Assembly: GCA_945888625.1 (NCBI GenBank)
Contig: CAMDAH010000006.1
Coordinates: forward strand, 45,647-109,646
Length of the DNA stretch: 64,000 nucleotides
DNA from: Chryseobacterium gleum
GTDB lineage: Bacteria; Bacteroidota; Bacteroidia; Flavobacteriales_D; Crocinitomicaceae
Reading direction: 5' to 3'
The notes under the pieces are model-generated. The model made no database searches and was not told the origin of the DNA. It was given only the letters and a program-made list of their open reading frames with translations. How positions within the stretch are numbered: position 1 is the stretch's first letter; each line of letters starts with the position of its first letter. Position numbers and translations under genes: made by a program. Of this stretch, positions 27,598-36,956 are shown one piece after another.

Positions 27598-28155
27598 ATG
27601 CCTGGACTAAAATTTAGGGTCTTACTTGATACCGATAAACAAGAAGAAATTTTTAGGGATATCCTCATCGCTGATACGGATCATTTTGAGAATTTTTTTA
27701 AAACAATATTAACTTCATTCGACTTTAGAGGCAAAGAAATAGGCAGTTTCTACGTTTCAAACGATGATTGGGATAAAGGACATGAAATTAATTTATTGGA
27801 CATGTCTTACGATGATGATGCAATTGATCAGCCCGCAGCGGTAATGAAAGAGGCAATCATTAAAAACTTTTTGGAGGAACCAGATCAAAAATTTATTTTG
27901 GTTTACGACTTTATGCGCATGTGGATTTTTCTAATTGAAATGATTGGTTTTGATAAAAACGAACCAAAAGAACCAGTCATTATATTGAGCGTCGGTAAGG
28001 CACCACTTGAAAACTCGAAAGATGTCATGAGTGAAGATTTATTCATCGACTCACAATATACTGAAGATCAAAATGTAGACGACGACGACGACGACGAATT
28101 TAAAGATGGCTATGGTGATGATGATCTAAACGGCTTTAGTGAGTATGAATACTAA
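27598..28155 (+). CDS. hypothetical protein, possibly pRiA4b ORF-3-like fold, with poly-Asp acidic tail
   Basis: 185 aa. LKFRVLLD...FRDILI and LVYDFMRMWIFLIEMIG loosely resemble the ORF-3 family pattern. The C-terminal tail is VDDDDDDEFKDGYGDDDLNGFSEYEY. Confidence 0.45.
   Translation: MPGLKFRVLLDTDKQEEIFRDILIADTDHFENFFKTILTSFDFRGKEIGSFYVSNDDWDKGHEINLLDMSYDDDAIDQPAAVMKEAIIKNFLEEPDQKFILVYDFMRMWIFLIEMIGFDKNEPKEPVIILSVGKAPLENSKDVMSEDLFIDSQYTEDQNVDDDDDDEFKDGYGDDDLNGFSEYEY
28078..28095 (+). repeat. (GAC)6 trinucleotide microsatellite inside the CDS (encodes Asp6)
   Basis: Six perfect GAC units read directly from the sequence. Confidence 0.9.
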
Positions 28156-28861
28156 GCAACAAGACCCTATTGGTCAAGCTATTTTGGATTTCATCAAAAC
28201 GAAAAAACCTTTCGATATTATCGTTCATGCCGATTTGTGCGACGATGACATTATTCCCATTGAAACTTTATTTCGAAGTTTCGACGAAATGCCCCCGATG
28301 GAGCAGCAAGCCATGCAATTGTGTAAAGGAAGTATTCTTGATATTGGTGCCTGTGCTGGTCCGCACAGTAGATACCTCAGTGATGCGGGATTTAACGTTA
28401 CTGCAATTGATACCTCGCCAGGAGCTGTTCTTTACTTAAATGAGATTGGCATAAGCGCTCATCAAGTAAATTATTATGACTTTCATTCAAAAAAAACGTT
28501 TGATACCTTGCTCTTTTTGATGAATGGAATTGGTATCGCTGGTACATTAGCTAATTTGGAGGCAACACTACTAAAGGCCAAATCAATGTTAAATCCAGGC
28601 GGACAGTTGCTATGCGATTCTTCCGATGTGAAATTTCTATACGAAGAGGAAGACGGGTCTTTTTGGATGGACTTAAATGCCAATTATTACGGTGAATTTA
28701 AGTTCAAAATGACTTATAAAAAAATCGAAGGGCCTTGGTTTGAATGGTTATATGTTGATTACGATAAATTGCATGAGGTAGCCACGAAATGCGGCTTCAA
28801 AAGCAGTAAAATTGCCGACCAAGAACACCATTATCTTGCGCAACTTACTTTATCCAAATGA
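28145..28861 (+). CDS. class I SAM-dependent methyltransferase
   Basis: Motif I ILDIGACAGPHS plus NVTAIDTSP. The start is set to the ATG at 28145, since the track start at 28139 is GTG. It overlaps the upstream gene. Confidence 0.7.
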   Translation: MNTKQQDPIGQAILDFIKTKKPFDIIVHADLCDDDIIPIETLFRSFDEMPPMEQQAMQLCKGSILDIGACAGPHSRYLSDAGFNVTAIDTSPGAVLYLNEIGISAHQVNYYDFHSKKTFDTLLFLMNGIGIAGTLANLEATLLKAKSMLNPGGQLLCDSSDVKFLYEEEDGSFWMDLNANYYGEFKFKMTYKKIEGPWFEWLYVDYDKLHEVATKCGFKSSKIADQEHHYLAQLTLSK

Positions 28862-29712
28862 AGTTAGTAGCTGGATTTCTTTTTATCTCCTTAATAACTT
28901 TTTCCCAAGCGGTTACCTCGTCGCTCTTATGGGAAATTAAAGGCCCTAAGCAAACAAACAGCGCTTTCATTTTTGGAACGATGCACCTAATGGATGATAG
29001 CCATTTTTATTTTCCTAAAAAACTTGAAAAAATTATATTAAACGTTGAAACAGTTTGCTTAGAAATCAACGACATACAACATACTCAACTAAATCCTGAA
29101 CTTTTGTTCCTAAATGAAGGAGGCTTTCTAGCGCAATTAAGTGAATTGGCAATGGACTCCATTTGTAATTGGGCAAGTGAAAAATTACTCATGAACAGGG
29201 AACAGTTTACTGCGAATTTTTCTAAAGCAAAACCATTTCTTATCTATCAATTAATATTACAAAGTGAATTACCTGCAAATTTGCAGTCACAAGAATTAGC
29301 AATAGAAAAATTATTACTAACAAAAAAGAAAAAACAAACCATAGGACTTGAAACGGTAGAAAGTCAATTGGCCCTGTTTGATGACCTTCCTTTTGAAAGC
29401 CAGGTAAATTTAATAATGACTGAAATAGCAGCGGAATCAGACGTACTCATCAACTTTACCAATTTGCAAGAAAACTACCTTGAACAAAATGTGGAGAAAA
29501 TTCATGATTTACTTTTAAAAGAAAATACCGATCCAATTTTTAACGTCAGATTCATCGATGAAAGAAATGTGACTTGGGTTAAAAAGATGATTCCAATGAT
29601 TTCCTCACAATCTATATTGTTCGCTGTAGGAGCCGGACATTTAGGAGGAGAAAATGGCGTTTTAAATCTGCTTCGTAAAGAAGGCTACACCTTAACACCA
29701 ATTAGTTTATGA
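28858..29712 (+). CDS. TraB/GumN (Tiki-like) family protein
   Basis: Signal peptide plus the two family GxxH motifs, FGTMHL and AVGAGHLGG. The start forms an ATGA overlap with the upstream stop. Confidence 0.7.
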   Translation: MKLVAGFLFISLITFSQAVTSSLLWEIKGPKQTNSAFIFGTMHLMDDSHFYFPKKLEKIILNVETVCLEINDIQHTQLNPELLFLNEGGFLAQLSELAMDSICNWASEKLLMNREQFTANFSKAKPFLIYQLILQSELPANLQSQELAIEKLLLTKKKKQTIGLETVESQLALFDDLPFESQVNLIMTEIAAESDVLINFTNLQENYLEQNVEKIHDLLLKENTDPIFNVRFIDERNVTWVKKMIPMISSQSILFAVGAGHLGGENGVLNLLRKEGYTLTPISL

Positions 29713-30152
29713 AAAATTTAATTTTTATTCTTCTTGTTATATTTCTCGCCAATTGCACTACCTATTCCGACCAAGAAATTAATTCATTTGATCGAATTAT
29801 TCAAAAGCATATCGCAAAAAACAAACTTGAGCTAACACGAACTGACTCAGGATTGTATTTCAACATTACAAAACAAGGAACAGGTAGAAACATTCGTTAC
29901 CAAGATAGTGTATCCATTTCGTATACTGGAAAATTATTAAATGGCAAACTAGTTGATTTACAAACTACTCCGGTAACTTTTGCAGTTAAAGATTTGATCA
30001 TGGGTTGGAAAGAGGCACTAATAATGTCCAAAGACGGGTGTGAAATTACCCTAATTACACCTCCGAATTTAGCGTACGGAAACCATGAATTAGAACAAAT
30101 TCCACAAAATTCCATTTTGTGTTTTAACTTAAAAGTATGGGCCTTAAAATAA
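29709..30152 (+). CDS. FKBP-type peptidyl-prolyl cis-trans isomerase lipoprotein
   Basis: Lipobox LANC, with YTGKLLNGKLVD, GWKEAL and PPNLAYG motifs. Confidence 0.8.
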   Translation: MKNLIFILLVIFLANCTTYSDQEINSFDRIIQKHIAKNKLELTRTDSGLYFNITKQGTGRNIRYQDSVSISYTGKLLNGKLVDLQTTPVTFAVKDLIMGWKEALIMSKDGCEITLITPPNLAYGNHELEQIPQNSILCFNLKVWALK

Positions 30153-30185
30153 CTTTTTTTTAACCTACAATCAAATCGCATTAAC

Positions 30186-30193
30186 TACATTTG
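30186..30193 (+). promoter_or_regulatory. -7 box (TACATTTG) upstream of sucD
   Basis: Exact TAnnTTTG match 52 nt before the ATG at 30246. Confidence 0.35.
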
Positions 30194-30245
30194 TATGCGA
30201 ATTGCATAAATAGTAATTAATTGGTAGAATTAAAGCATAATCAAA

Positions 30246-31124
30246 ATGGGCGTACTCGTAAATAAAAATTCAAAAATTATCGTTCAGGGATTTACCGGTA
30301 GCGAAGGTTCGTTCCATGCTGAACAAATGGCAGCCTATGGAACTAACGTTGTCGGTGGCGTAACCCCTGGAAAAGGGGGTTCTAAACATTTAGAAAAACC
30401 CGTTTTTAATACGGTGAGAGAGGCTGTTTCAGCAACTGGAGCTAACGTTTCCATATTATTCGTACCTCCAGCGTTTGCAGCCGATGCAATAATGGAAGCC
30501 GCTGAAGGAGGGATCGAACTAATCGTATGCATCACAGAAGGAATTCCGGTTAATGACATGATAAAAGTAAAAGAATACATTAAAGGTTTTGCTTGTCGGT
30601 TAATTGGACCTAACTGTCCGGGGGTAATTACTGCTGGAGAGGCCAAAGTAGGTATCATGCCAGGATTCGTTTTCAAAGAAGGAAAAGTAGGAATCGTTTC
30701 AAAATCAGGAACGCTTACTTATGAAGCAGCAGACCAAGTATCCAAAGCAGGAATGGGGATTTCAACGGCTATAGGAATAGGTGGAGATCCAATTATTGGC
30801 ACTACAACAAAAGAAGCTGTAGAACTCCTCATGAATGATACTGAAACGGAAGGTATCGTTATGATTGGAGAAATCGGTGGAAATCTTGAAGCAATTGCAG
30901 CACGATGGATAAAAGAAAATGGTACGAAGCCAGTCGTTGGTTTTATCGCAGGAGAAACAGCGCCCAAAGGACGTACAATGGGACATGCTGGTGCAATCGT
31001 AGGAGGCGACGATGATACGGCAGAAGCTAAAAAAAGAATACTAAGAGAATGTGGCGTACATGTTGTTGACTCACCTGCACATATTGGTACTAAAATGGCT
31101 GAACTGTTAGGAGTTATTGCCTAA
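30246..31124 (+). CDS. sucD: succinate--CoA ligase subunit alpha
   Basis: 292 aa with [18 protein letters not shown] and the GHAGAI active-site His loop. Confidence 0.95.
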   Translation: MGVLVNKNSKIIVQGFTGSEGSFHAEQMAAYGTNVVGGVTPGKGGSKHLEKPVFNTVREAVSATGANVSILFVPPAFAADAIMEAAEGGIELIVCITEGIPVNDMIKVKEYIKGFACRLIGPNCPGVITAGEAKVGIMPGFVFKEGKVGIVSKSGTLTYEAADQVSKAGMGISTAIGIGGDPIIGTTTKEAVELLMNDTETEGIVMIGEIGGNLEAIAARWIKENGTKPVVGFIAGETAPKGRTMGHAGAIVGGDDDTAEAKKRILRECGVHVVDSPAHIGTKMAELLGVIA

Positions 31125-31144
31125 CCAAAATGGATGAATTTATT

Positions 31145-31168
31145 AAGCGACCTAGGTCGCTTTTTTTG
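31145..31168 (+). terminator. rho-independent terminator of sucD
   Basis: AAGCGACC-TA-GGTCGCTT hairpin followed by a T-run. Confidence 0.75.
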
Positions 31169-31174
31169 TGCTTA

Positions 31175-32923
31175 TTAATTCCAAAAATCCCACGTTACCC
31201 CAAATTTTAACTGCCAAGTGGGGAGCGTATACCCCTCAAAGAATAATTGGCTTCGATTAGTGAAAAAATAGGCCATATTATCCATTCTAGCAAAAAAACG
31301 AAACGTTTCTACTTCAAAACCAACTAAAATTCCGGCGTTCAACATCGGCTTTTGATATACCGAATTGGGTAAAGATGAAAAATCAAAACTGGTCATGTTA
31401 GGGATAAGTGAAGGCGCTTTATAGCGACTTGAAAAAAGAAAATCTACCGCTGCCAAAGCCTTCAATTTTTTTGCCTTAAAAATTCCGCCCTTAACTAATA
31501 CACGTGAAGAGACACTATGCATCGGATAAAATCGAAAATCCTCCTCCATCAATGTTAATTCGTAACGTGGAGAAATAGTCAATGCACCCAATTGTAATGA
31601 TCCATTTAACACTATTTGATTAATTGACTGATTACTTAAACTAGTATTATTTAACCAAGACTGACCATCGAAACAATAAACCTGACTCGTCGACAAAATG
31701 CGATATATAAAGGCAAGGTGATGTATACCAATTTTTTCCTTGAACAATACCGAGGCATATGACGCACCTTGGAGATTAAAATCCACCAAGGAATAACTAT
31801 TATTATTTGCTTGGTAAAAACGTTGGACAGGTAACGGAGCAATATTTTCATAGGAAGTTTCAATAGCTAAATAATGATTTTTCTTCTTCCATATAAAGTC
31901 AGTTTTTTGCGACGTAGCAAACTTCGCACCGATAAAATTAAGCGATGAACTTGAATTTAATCGCCAATTTTTCCAACTTGACTCGTAGGATGCAATTAGA
32001 CTAAGCTCCATGGTATCCCGAATAATACCTTGGTTAGCGTATCGCCAATAGTTAGCACTAACACCTAAATTAGCAAATGATTTGCCTAACTTGCTAGCAA
32101 GAGAAATTTGATTAGATAATTCGACCAATCCATAATGATCCGAGGTCACCGTACTATCAAACTGTACTAATGGGTAGAGCGCCGCTAACTGCCCCGACTC
32201 TTGGTAATAGCGATCCATAGATCGCAATTTAGATGCTACAATAAGACCGAGAAATTGGGAAGAATCCTTTGAAGTAAAATCGATGAAATGAGTCAATGCC
32301 ACATGCCTTAAACTTGCATTTGAAAAGGCATCTTCCCTTCTAACCGGAATAAGCGTTAAATCAAATAAAGACGCTAAAGAATCAGCAACAATTCCTGTAG
32401 AAAGATTCCTTCTTTCCTGAGCATAAGATGCAGCAAAACGAAAACTATAGCACTTAGCATTTTTAGCAAGAACAATTTTATAAGCGGTAGACTTCCAAGC
32501 TGAATTACGATAAAAACCAGCAGTGGCGTTATTAGAAGCACTTAAATTGAATACAAAATTCTTTCGAAATACTTGGCTGTAATTGAAGGCAAGATGTTGC
32601 GTACCTTGACTTCCAAAAGTATAAGCAACACCAATATGAGGTAATGCCGAAAAAGTTATGGGATTAGTTTTCTGAAAAGGGGTATGAAAAATATTACCTG
32701 ACGGTGAAAAAAGTGAAAATGGACTTAAAAAAGATGCTGTTGAAGAAGACGACAATAGAGGAAAAACCATGCTGGATGAACGACTCTGAAAAGCTATTGA
32801 ATCTAGGCTACCATTAGTCTTCTCCTCAATTTTTAAGGTGTCAAATCCAAATGAGTCACTATTTATTTGAGGAACAGCGTTAAAACCGAATAACATTATT
32901 ACGACTTGAAAAAAGTATCTCAT
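31175..32923 (-). CDS. putative outer-membrane beta-barrel protein (putative-porin family)
   Basis: About 582 aa. Signal peptide MRYFFQVVIMLFGF, an alternating beta-strand pattern, and an aromatic C-terminus WDFWN. The start is set to the ATG at 32923, since the track start is TTG. Confidence 0.5.
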   Translation of the reverse strand: MRYFFQVVIMLFGFNAVPQINSDSFGFDTLKIEEKTNGSLDSIAFQSRSSSMVFPLLSSSSTASFLSPFSLFSPSGNIFHTPFQKTNPITFSALPHIGVAYTFGSQGTQHLAFNYSQVFRKNFVFNLSASNNATAGFYRNSAWKSTAYKIVLAKNAKCYSFRFAASYAQERRNLSTGIVADSLASLFDLTLIPVRREDAFSNASLRHVALTHFIDFTSKDSSQFLGLIVASKLRSMDRYYQESGQLAALYPLVQFDSTVTSDHYGLVELSNQISLASKLGKSFANLGVSANYWRYANQGIIRDTMELSLIASYESSWKNWRLNSSSSLNFIGAKFATSQKTDFIWKKKNHYLAIETSYENIAPLPVQRFYQANNNSYSLVDFNLQGASYASVLFKEKIGIHHLAFIYRILSTSQVYCFDGQSWLNNTSLSNQSINQIVLNGSLQLGALTISPRYELTLMEEDFRFYPMHSVSSRVLVKGGIFKAKKLKALAAVDFLFSSRYKAPSLIPNMTSFDFSSLPNSVYQKPMLNAGILVGFEVETFRFFARMDNMAYFFTNRSQLFFEGYTLPTWQLKFGVTWDFWN

Positions 32924-32937
32924 GGCAAACAAACTTA

Positions 32938-32962
32938 ATAAAAAAAGGGGCTCAAGGCCCCT
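32938..32962 (-). terminator. rho-independent terminator of rpsT
   Basis: The minus strand reads AGGGGCC-TTGA-GCCCCT followed by T7. Confidence 0.75.
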
Positions 32963-32986
32963 CTTTACTATATTTTGAAGTAGGAA

Positions 32987-33238
32987 TTACAATGCATTAA
33001 TGTAAACCTGCAGCCCTGATTTCAAGTTTGCAGCCTTATTTTTATGAATGATATTTCTTTTAGCGAGTTTATCTAACATAGCAACGACAACTGGAAATAA
33101 TTTTTCCGCTTCTACGCGGTCTTTAATCTCTCTCAATTTTCGAGTTGCATTTCTAGTTGTTTTGTGTTGATACTTGTTTAATACTCTTCTAGTTTCGTTG
33201 GTACGAATTCGTTTAATAGATGATTTATGATTTGCCAT
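32987..33238 (-). CDS. rpsT: 30S ribosomal protein S20
   Basis: 83 aa starting [18 protein letters not shown], highly basic. Confidence 0.95.
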   Translation of the reverse strand: MANHKSSIKRIRTNETRRVLNKYQHKTTRNATRKLREIKDRVEAEKLFPVVVAMLDKLAKRNIIHKNKAANLKSGLQVYINAL

Positions 33239-33301
33239 AATCGCTCAATTTTAATTAATCTTTATAATAAATAACACTCACACTAAGCAAGTGATTTGTT
33301 G

Positions 33302-33373
33302 TAGCCCATAGGAGAATCGAACTCCTGTTTCCAGGATGAAAACCTGATATCCTAACCACTAGATGAATGGGCC
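33302..33373 (-). tRNA. tRNA-Glu (anticodon UUC)
   Basis: Hand-folded 72-nt cloverleaf: acceptor GGCCCAT/ATGGGCT, D stem ATCT/GGAT, anticodon stem TCAGG/CCTGG with loop TTTTCAT, T stem AGGAG/CTCCT with loop TTCGATT. CCA is not encoded. Confidence 0.9.
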
Positions 33374-33401
33374 AAATCGTATTAGGGTTAATTTGGGTGT
33401 G

Positions 33402-33409
33402 CAAATATA
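33402..33409 (-). promoter_or_regulatory. -7 box (TATATTTG) upstream of tRNA-Glu/rpsT
   Basis: Exact TAnnTTTG match on the minus strand, 28 nt before the tRNA 5' end. Confidence 0.45.
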
Positions 33410-33457
33410 GGCTTAAAAACAATAATGACAAACGAAACAATCGTTTTTTTTATTTTT

Positions 33458-34144
33458 TTATACTTCTTCATCCGATCTTTTAAAACCTAATCGCTTTCCT
33501 GTTTTTAGTTTAAGTTCATCACTAATGTGCTGAATTTGGGCAACTGATAATTCCTCCATAATATTAAAAGGAGGTACCAATAAGTCGAACGTTAGGGCGT
33601 GGTGAAAAGAAAGTTGTACTAGTAAACCTATCACTTGATCATTTATTTCCATGTGTTGAGGATCCCTAAAAAGCTGCCCTAAAGCGCCTTTCCCCTCCAC
33701 CATAAAATGTCGTTCATGGTTAACTAATACTCGTCCGATCAAGTAGCCGGCATCATTTAATCTATTTTGAATAAATGACTCGGCTAAAAAATTGTACACG
33801 TATATGACTCCGAAATAACCATTATTTTCATTGGCTTTGAAATAAGATGTTCCCCAAAGTTCGCTCGAGTCAGGTAACCTAAACACATTGTTATGGAGTG
33901 TAAATACAAGAGCGTCACTTCCTATGTACACATGAATTTCAAAATCCCCTTTTTCCACATAGCTGAGTCGAATTCGTTTGTCAGAAATGCTCTTTTGAAG
34001 TTCCACCAACTCCGATTTAATTTGCAATTTTAACATTTCAAATACTTTCTCAACGTCTTCAGCAATATCTTGTTTCAACGCAGACTTATCCAACAATACT
34101 TGTAAAATTTGAGCCCGATTATTTGCAATTGGATCTTTTTTCAT
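33458..34144 (-). CDS. conserved hypothetical protein (no recognised domain)
   Basis: 228-aa ORF with an ATG start, a candidate promoter box upstream, and no TM segments. Confidence 0.6.
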   Translation of the reverse strand: MKKDPIANNRAQILQVLLDKSALKQDIAEDVEKVFEMLKLQIKSELVELQKSISDKRIRLSYVEKGDFEIHVYIGSDALVFTLHNNVFRLPDSSELWGTSYFKANENNGYFGVIYVYNFLAESFIQNRLNDAGYLIGRVLVNHERHFMVEGKGALGQLFRDPQHMEINDQVIGLLVQLSFHHALTFDLLVPPFNIMEELSVAQIQHISDELKLKTGKRLGFKRSDEEV

Positions 34145-34160
34145 ATTTAACTATTTATAC

Positions 34161-34168
34161 CAAAGATA
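34161..34168 (-). promoter_or_regulatory. -7 box (TATCTTTG) upstream of the 33458..34144 gene
   Basis: Exact TAnnTTTG match 16 nt before the ATG at 34144. Confidence 0.4.
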
Positions 34169-34204
34169 TGATTTTACCCTTAAATCTTTTCTAATTTAGT
34201 TGCG

Positions 34205-36067
34205 ATGCACAATTCATTTTCAATTTGGTCAAAAATAGGCCTTCGGTTTTTCCTTGTTTGGTGCGCCCTTCAAGTTACAAGAATACTATTTTTGATCTAC
34301 AATGCCAGCTTTCTTAATGTCGCTGCAGCAGATTTTATTTTTACACTCCCCTTTGATTGTTGCACCATTGCCCTGTATTTCTTGCCGTATGTTTTCATTT
34401 ATTTTTTTCCAGTAAATTCCCGCTATACGCCAATTAAAGAGCAGATTGGATCGTCACTCTTTTATTTGATTCTCGTTTTTTTAATTATCATTAACATGTG
34501 GGATGTGGCCTACTTTCCTTTTAGTCAACGCAGAACGACTTTTGATTCATTTTTATTTTTAATTCAGAGTCCTGACAAAGGATTGATCAAATTTTTCATT
34601 CTCGACTTTTGGTGGCTTTCACTATACACGCTATTACTTAGCATATCACTAATTTACGTCGATTACCGATGGCATAAAAACAAAAAGAATAAGGATGTTT
34701 CAATAAAATATCAATTGCTCCATTTTGTGCTCGCAGCCCTTGTATTTTTTACCATGGGAAGATGGAGCTTTGGACTTAAACCACTCGGTGTATTGGATGC
34801 TAATAATTATGTAGTTAGTGAAAATGTACCATTTATTCTAAATACTGCCTTCGTTACACTGAAAACAATCCAAGTTGAAAAGCTACCGACAACCAAACTC
34901 ATTGACTTGGAAACAAGTAAAAAATATTTTAATCCCGTCAAGAAAACCGTTGCCAAAAAAACGACTCATTCTACAAAAAACGTTGTTTTTATCATTCTGG
35001 AAAGCTTTGGAGATAAAATGCTAAAACAAACTGTTAATGGAATAAAACTTACTGCATTTACCGATTCACTACTCAATCAATCCTACTATTTTGAAAATGG
35101 TATTGCCAATGGACAACAATCCATCGAATCGCTACCTGCTATATTCGCATCACTCCCCAATCTGATGAGAACACCGTATATTTTAAGTTCATTTTGTAAC
35201 AATAAACTGAACGCTCTTCCTTCCATCTTAAAAACAAGAGGTTATTCAACGGCCTTCTTCCATGGTGCAAAAAATGGCTCAATGCGCTTTGACAGCTTCT
35301 CAAAAATACTTGGCTTTGACAACTATTATGGTCTCAACGAATACCCCAATAAACAGCATTATGACGGCATTTGGGGAATTCCAGACGGTTATTTTAATAA
35401 ATGGGCGGTCGACAAAATAAGTAAAATGAAACAACCCTTTTTAGTAAGTATTTTTACGATATCCTCGCATCATCCGTATAAAATACCAATAAAATATGGT
35501 AAAAATATTAGTAAAAAATTCACGAAAGAACAATTGGCTTTCTACTATGCCGATAAAAGTCTACAATTATTCTTTGAAAAAGCGGCATCCGAAAAATGGT
35601 ATAAGAATTCCCTATTTGTTATTTGTGCCGATCATATACCTCAACAATTACATTCAAGTCCAAATTCCGTGTTCGATAAATTTCATGTGCCAATTGCATT
35701 TTTTACCCCTGACAAATCATTACGCGCAAAAAAATTAACTAGTTATTTCCAGCACCTTGACATAGTCCCTTTTATACTTAACTACCTCGGAGTCGAATCA
35801 ACTTATTACGCCTTTGGTAATCTAAAATCAACATGCGAAGGATTAGTCTACTTAAATGGGAACTACATTTTAATTAATAAAGACGGAGAAATACATTTTA
35901 ATGAATCAAAAAATAGTAGTACTTGCAACATTAAAAATTCCGAAAAACAAGATATAACTAAAAAAAATTTACTAACTTTGAGTAGAAAGCATAATTTGAA
36001 TCGTTTAAAATCAATGATTGCTAGATATAGAATAGACTTGCAGAACAATAAAACAACAAATAAATAA
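34205..36067 (+). CDS. LTA synthase / phosphoglycerol-transferase family protein (membrane-anchored sulfatase-fold enzyme)
   Basis: 620 aa. An N-terminal polytopic membrane domain, then an alkaline-phosphatase-superfamily domain (VVFIILESFG..., SSHHPY). Confidence 0.7.
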   Translation: MHNSFSIWSKIGLRFFLVWCALQVTRILFLIYNASFLNVAAADFIFTLPFDCCTIALYFLPYVFIYFFPVNSRYTPIKEQIGSSLFYLILVFLIIINMWDVAYFPFSQRRTTFDSFLFLIQSPDKGLIKFFILDFWWLSLYTLLLSISLIYVDYRWHKNKKNKDVSIKYQLLHFVLAALVFFTMGRWSFGLKPLGVLDANNYVVSENVPFILNTAFVTLKTIQVEKLPTTKLIDLETSKKYFNPVKKTVAKKTTHSTKNVVFIILESFGDKMLKQTVNGIKLTAFTDSLLNQSYYFENGIANGQQSIESLPAIFASLPNLMRTPYILSSFCNNKLNALPSILKTRGYSTAFFHGAKNGSMRFDSFSKILGFDNYYGLNEYPNKQHYDGIWGIPDGYFNKWAVDKISKMKQPFLVSIFTISSHHPYKIPIKYGKNISKKFTKEQLAFYYADKSLQLFFEKAASEKWYKNSLFVICADHIPQQLHSSPNSVFDKFHVPIAFFTPDKSLRAKKLTSYFQHLDIVPFILNYLGVESTYYAFGNLKSTCEGLVYLNGNYILINKDGEIHFNESKNSSTCNIKNSEKQDITKKNLLTLSRKHNLNRLKSMIARYRIDLQNNKTTNK

Positions 36068-36068
36068 A

Positions 36069-36944
36069 GTGAAAAAAAGAATTTGGTTCATCATTAATCC
36101 AATCGCTGGTGTTCGTCGAAAAGATGATATTCCTTCTCTGGTGCGTGAAAACCTCAATCACGCGCTTTTTGACTTTGAAATACAATATACCTCTTACAAA
36201 GGCCAGGCTCAACTATTGGCAAGAGAAGCAATTTCAAAAAATATTGATGTTGTCTGTGCAGTGGGTGGAGACGGTTCTGTACATGAAATTGGTACAGCTT
36301 TAATTGGCTCAAAAGTTTTACTTGCCATCATTCCTATTGGATCAGGTAACGGTTTAGCCCGCCACATGCACATTCCTCGAAAGATAGGCAAAGCCATTCA
36401 ATGCATAAACGATAGTCAACAGATCTCAATGGATACCATTCTTGTAAACGAACAAGCATTCTTAGGCATTGGTGGCTATGGTTTTGATGCCTTGGTGGCC
36501 AAAAAATTTATTGGTATTAAAAAACGAGGTTTGTTGAGTTATTTTAAGATTGTGCTTAAAGAATTTTTTAAGTACAACCCTATAAACATCTCTGTCGATG
36601 CAAACGGTCAGGTTAAAAAATTACCCGTTATGCTTTGTACCCTAGCAAATACTAGAGAATGGGGTAACGGATTGGTCGTTTCACCAGACTCTGATGCAAC
36701 AGACGGTAAAGTAGAACTGATTTTATTAAAACCTTTCTCCCTTTGGCGTTTACCCGGAATCGCACTTCAATTCTTTCTCAAACGTTCCAACAAAAGTTCA
36801 TTTATGGAGGTGCTATCTTTTGATAAAGCCACCATTCGAATATCTGAAAAAATGGCGCATTACGACGGAGAATCTATGGCAACAAATGGCTTGCTTAAAG
36901 TTAAAGTGGTGCCAAAAAGCCTTCACATTATAGTCGGTAAATAA
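36069..36944 (+). CDS. diacylglycerol/lipid kinase family protein (YegS/DgkB-like)
   Basis: IINPIAG at the N-terminus, AVGGDGSVHE, and the PIGSGNG motif. GTG at 36069 is the only possible start upstream of the first motif. Confidence 0.75.
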   Translation: MKKRIWFIINPIAGVRRKDDIPSLVRENLNHALFDFEIQYTSYKGQAQLLAREAISKNIDVVCAVGGDGSVHEIGTALIGSKVLLAIIPIGSGNGLARHMHIPRKIGKAIQCINDSQQISMDTILVNEQAFLGIGGYGFDALVAKKFIGIKKRGLLSYFKIVLKEFFKYNPINISVDANGQVKKLPVMLCTLANTREWGNGLVVSPDSDATDGKVELILLKPFSLWRLPGIALQFFLKRSNKSSFMEVLSFDKATIRISEKMAHYDGESMATNGLLKVKVVPKSLHIIVGK

Positions 36945-36956
36945 CAAACAAATTTT

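Noticed and set aside
27598-28155. pRiA4b ORF-3-like protein as a marker of a plasmid or IS-derived insertion
   Set aside because: No transposase, inverted repeats, integrase or compositional break flanks it. It sits inside an overlapping operon with the CCA enzyme and a methyltransferase.
30246-31124. sucD present without an adjacent sucC, considered as an operon disruption or pseudogenisation
   Set aside because: The ORF is full length with an intact active-site His loop, its own promoter box and a strong terminator. Unlinked sucC and sucD are, as far as I recall, common in Bacteroidota.
33255-33440. 61-aa ORF in the supplied track
   Set aside because: It overlaps, on the same strand, a well-folding tRNA-Glu(UUC) at 33302..33373 and its promoter region, so it is a spurious ORF.
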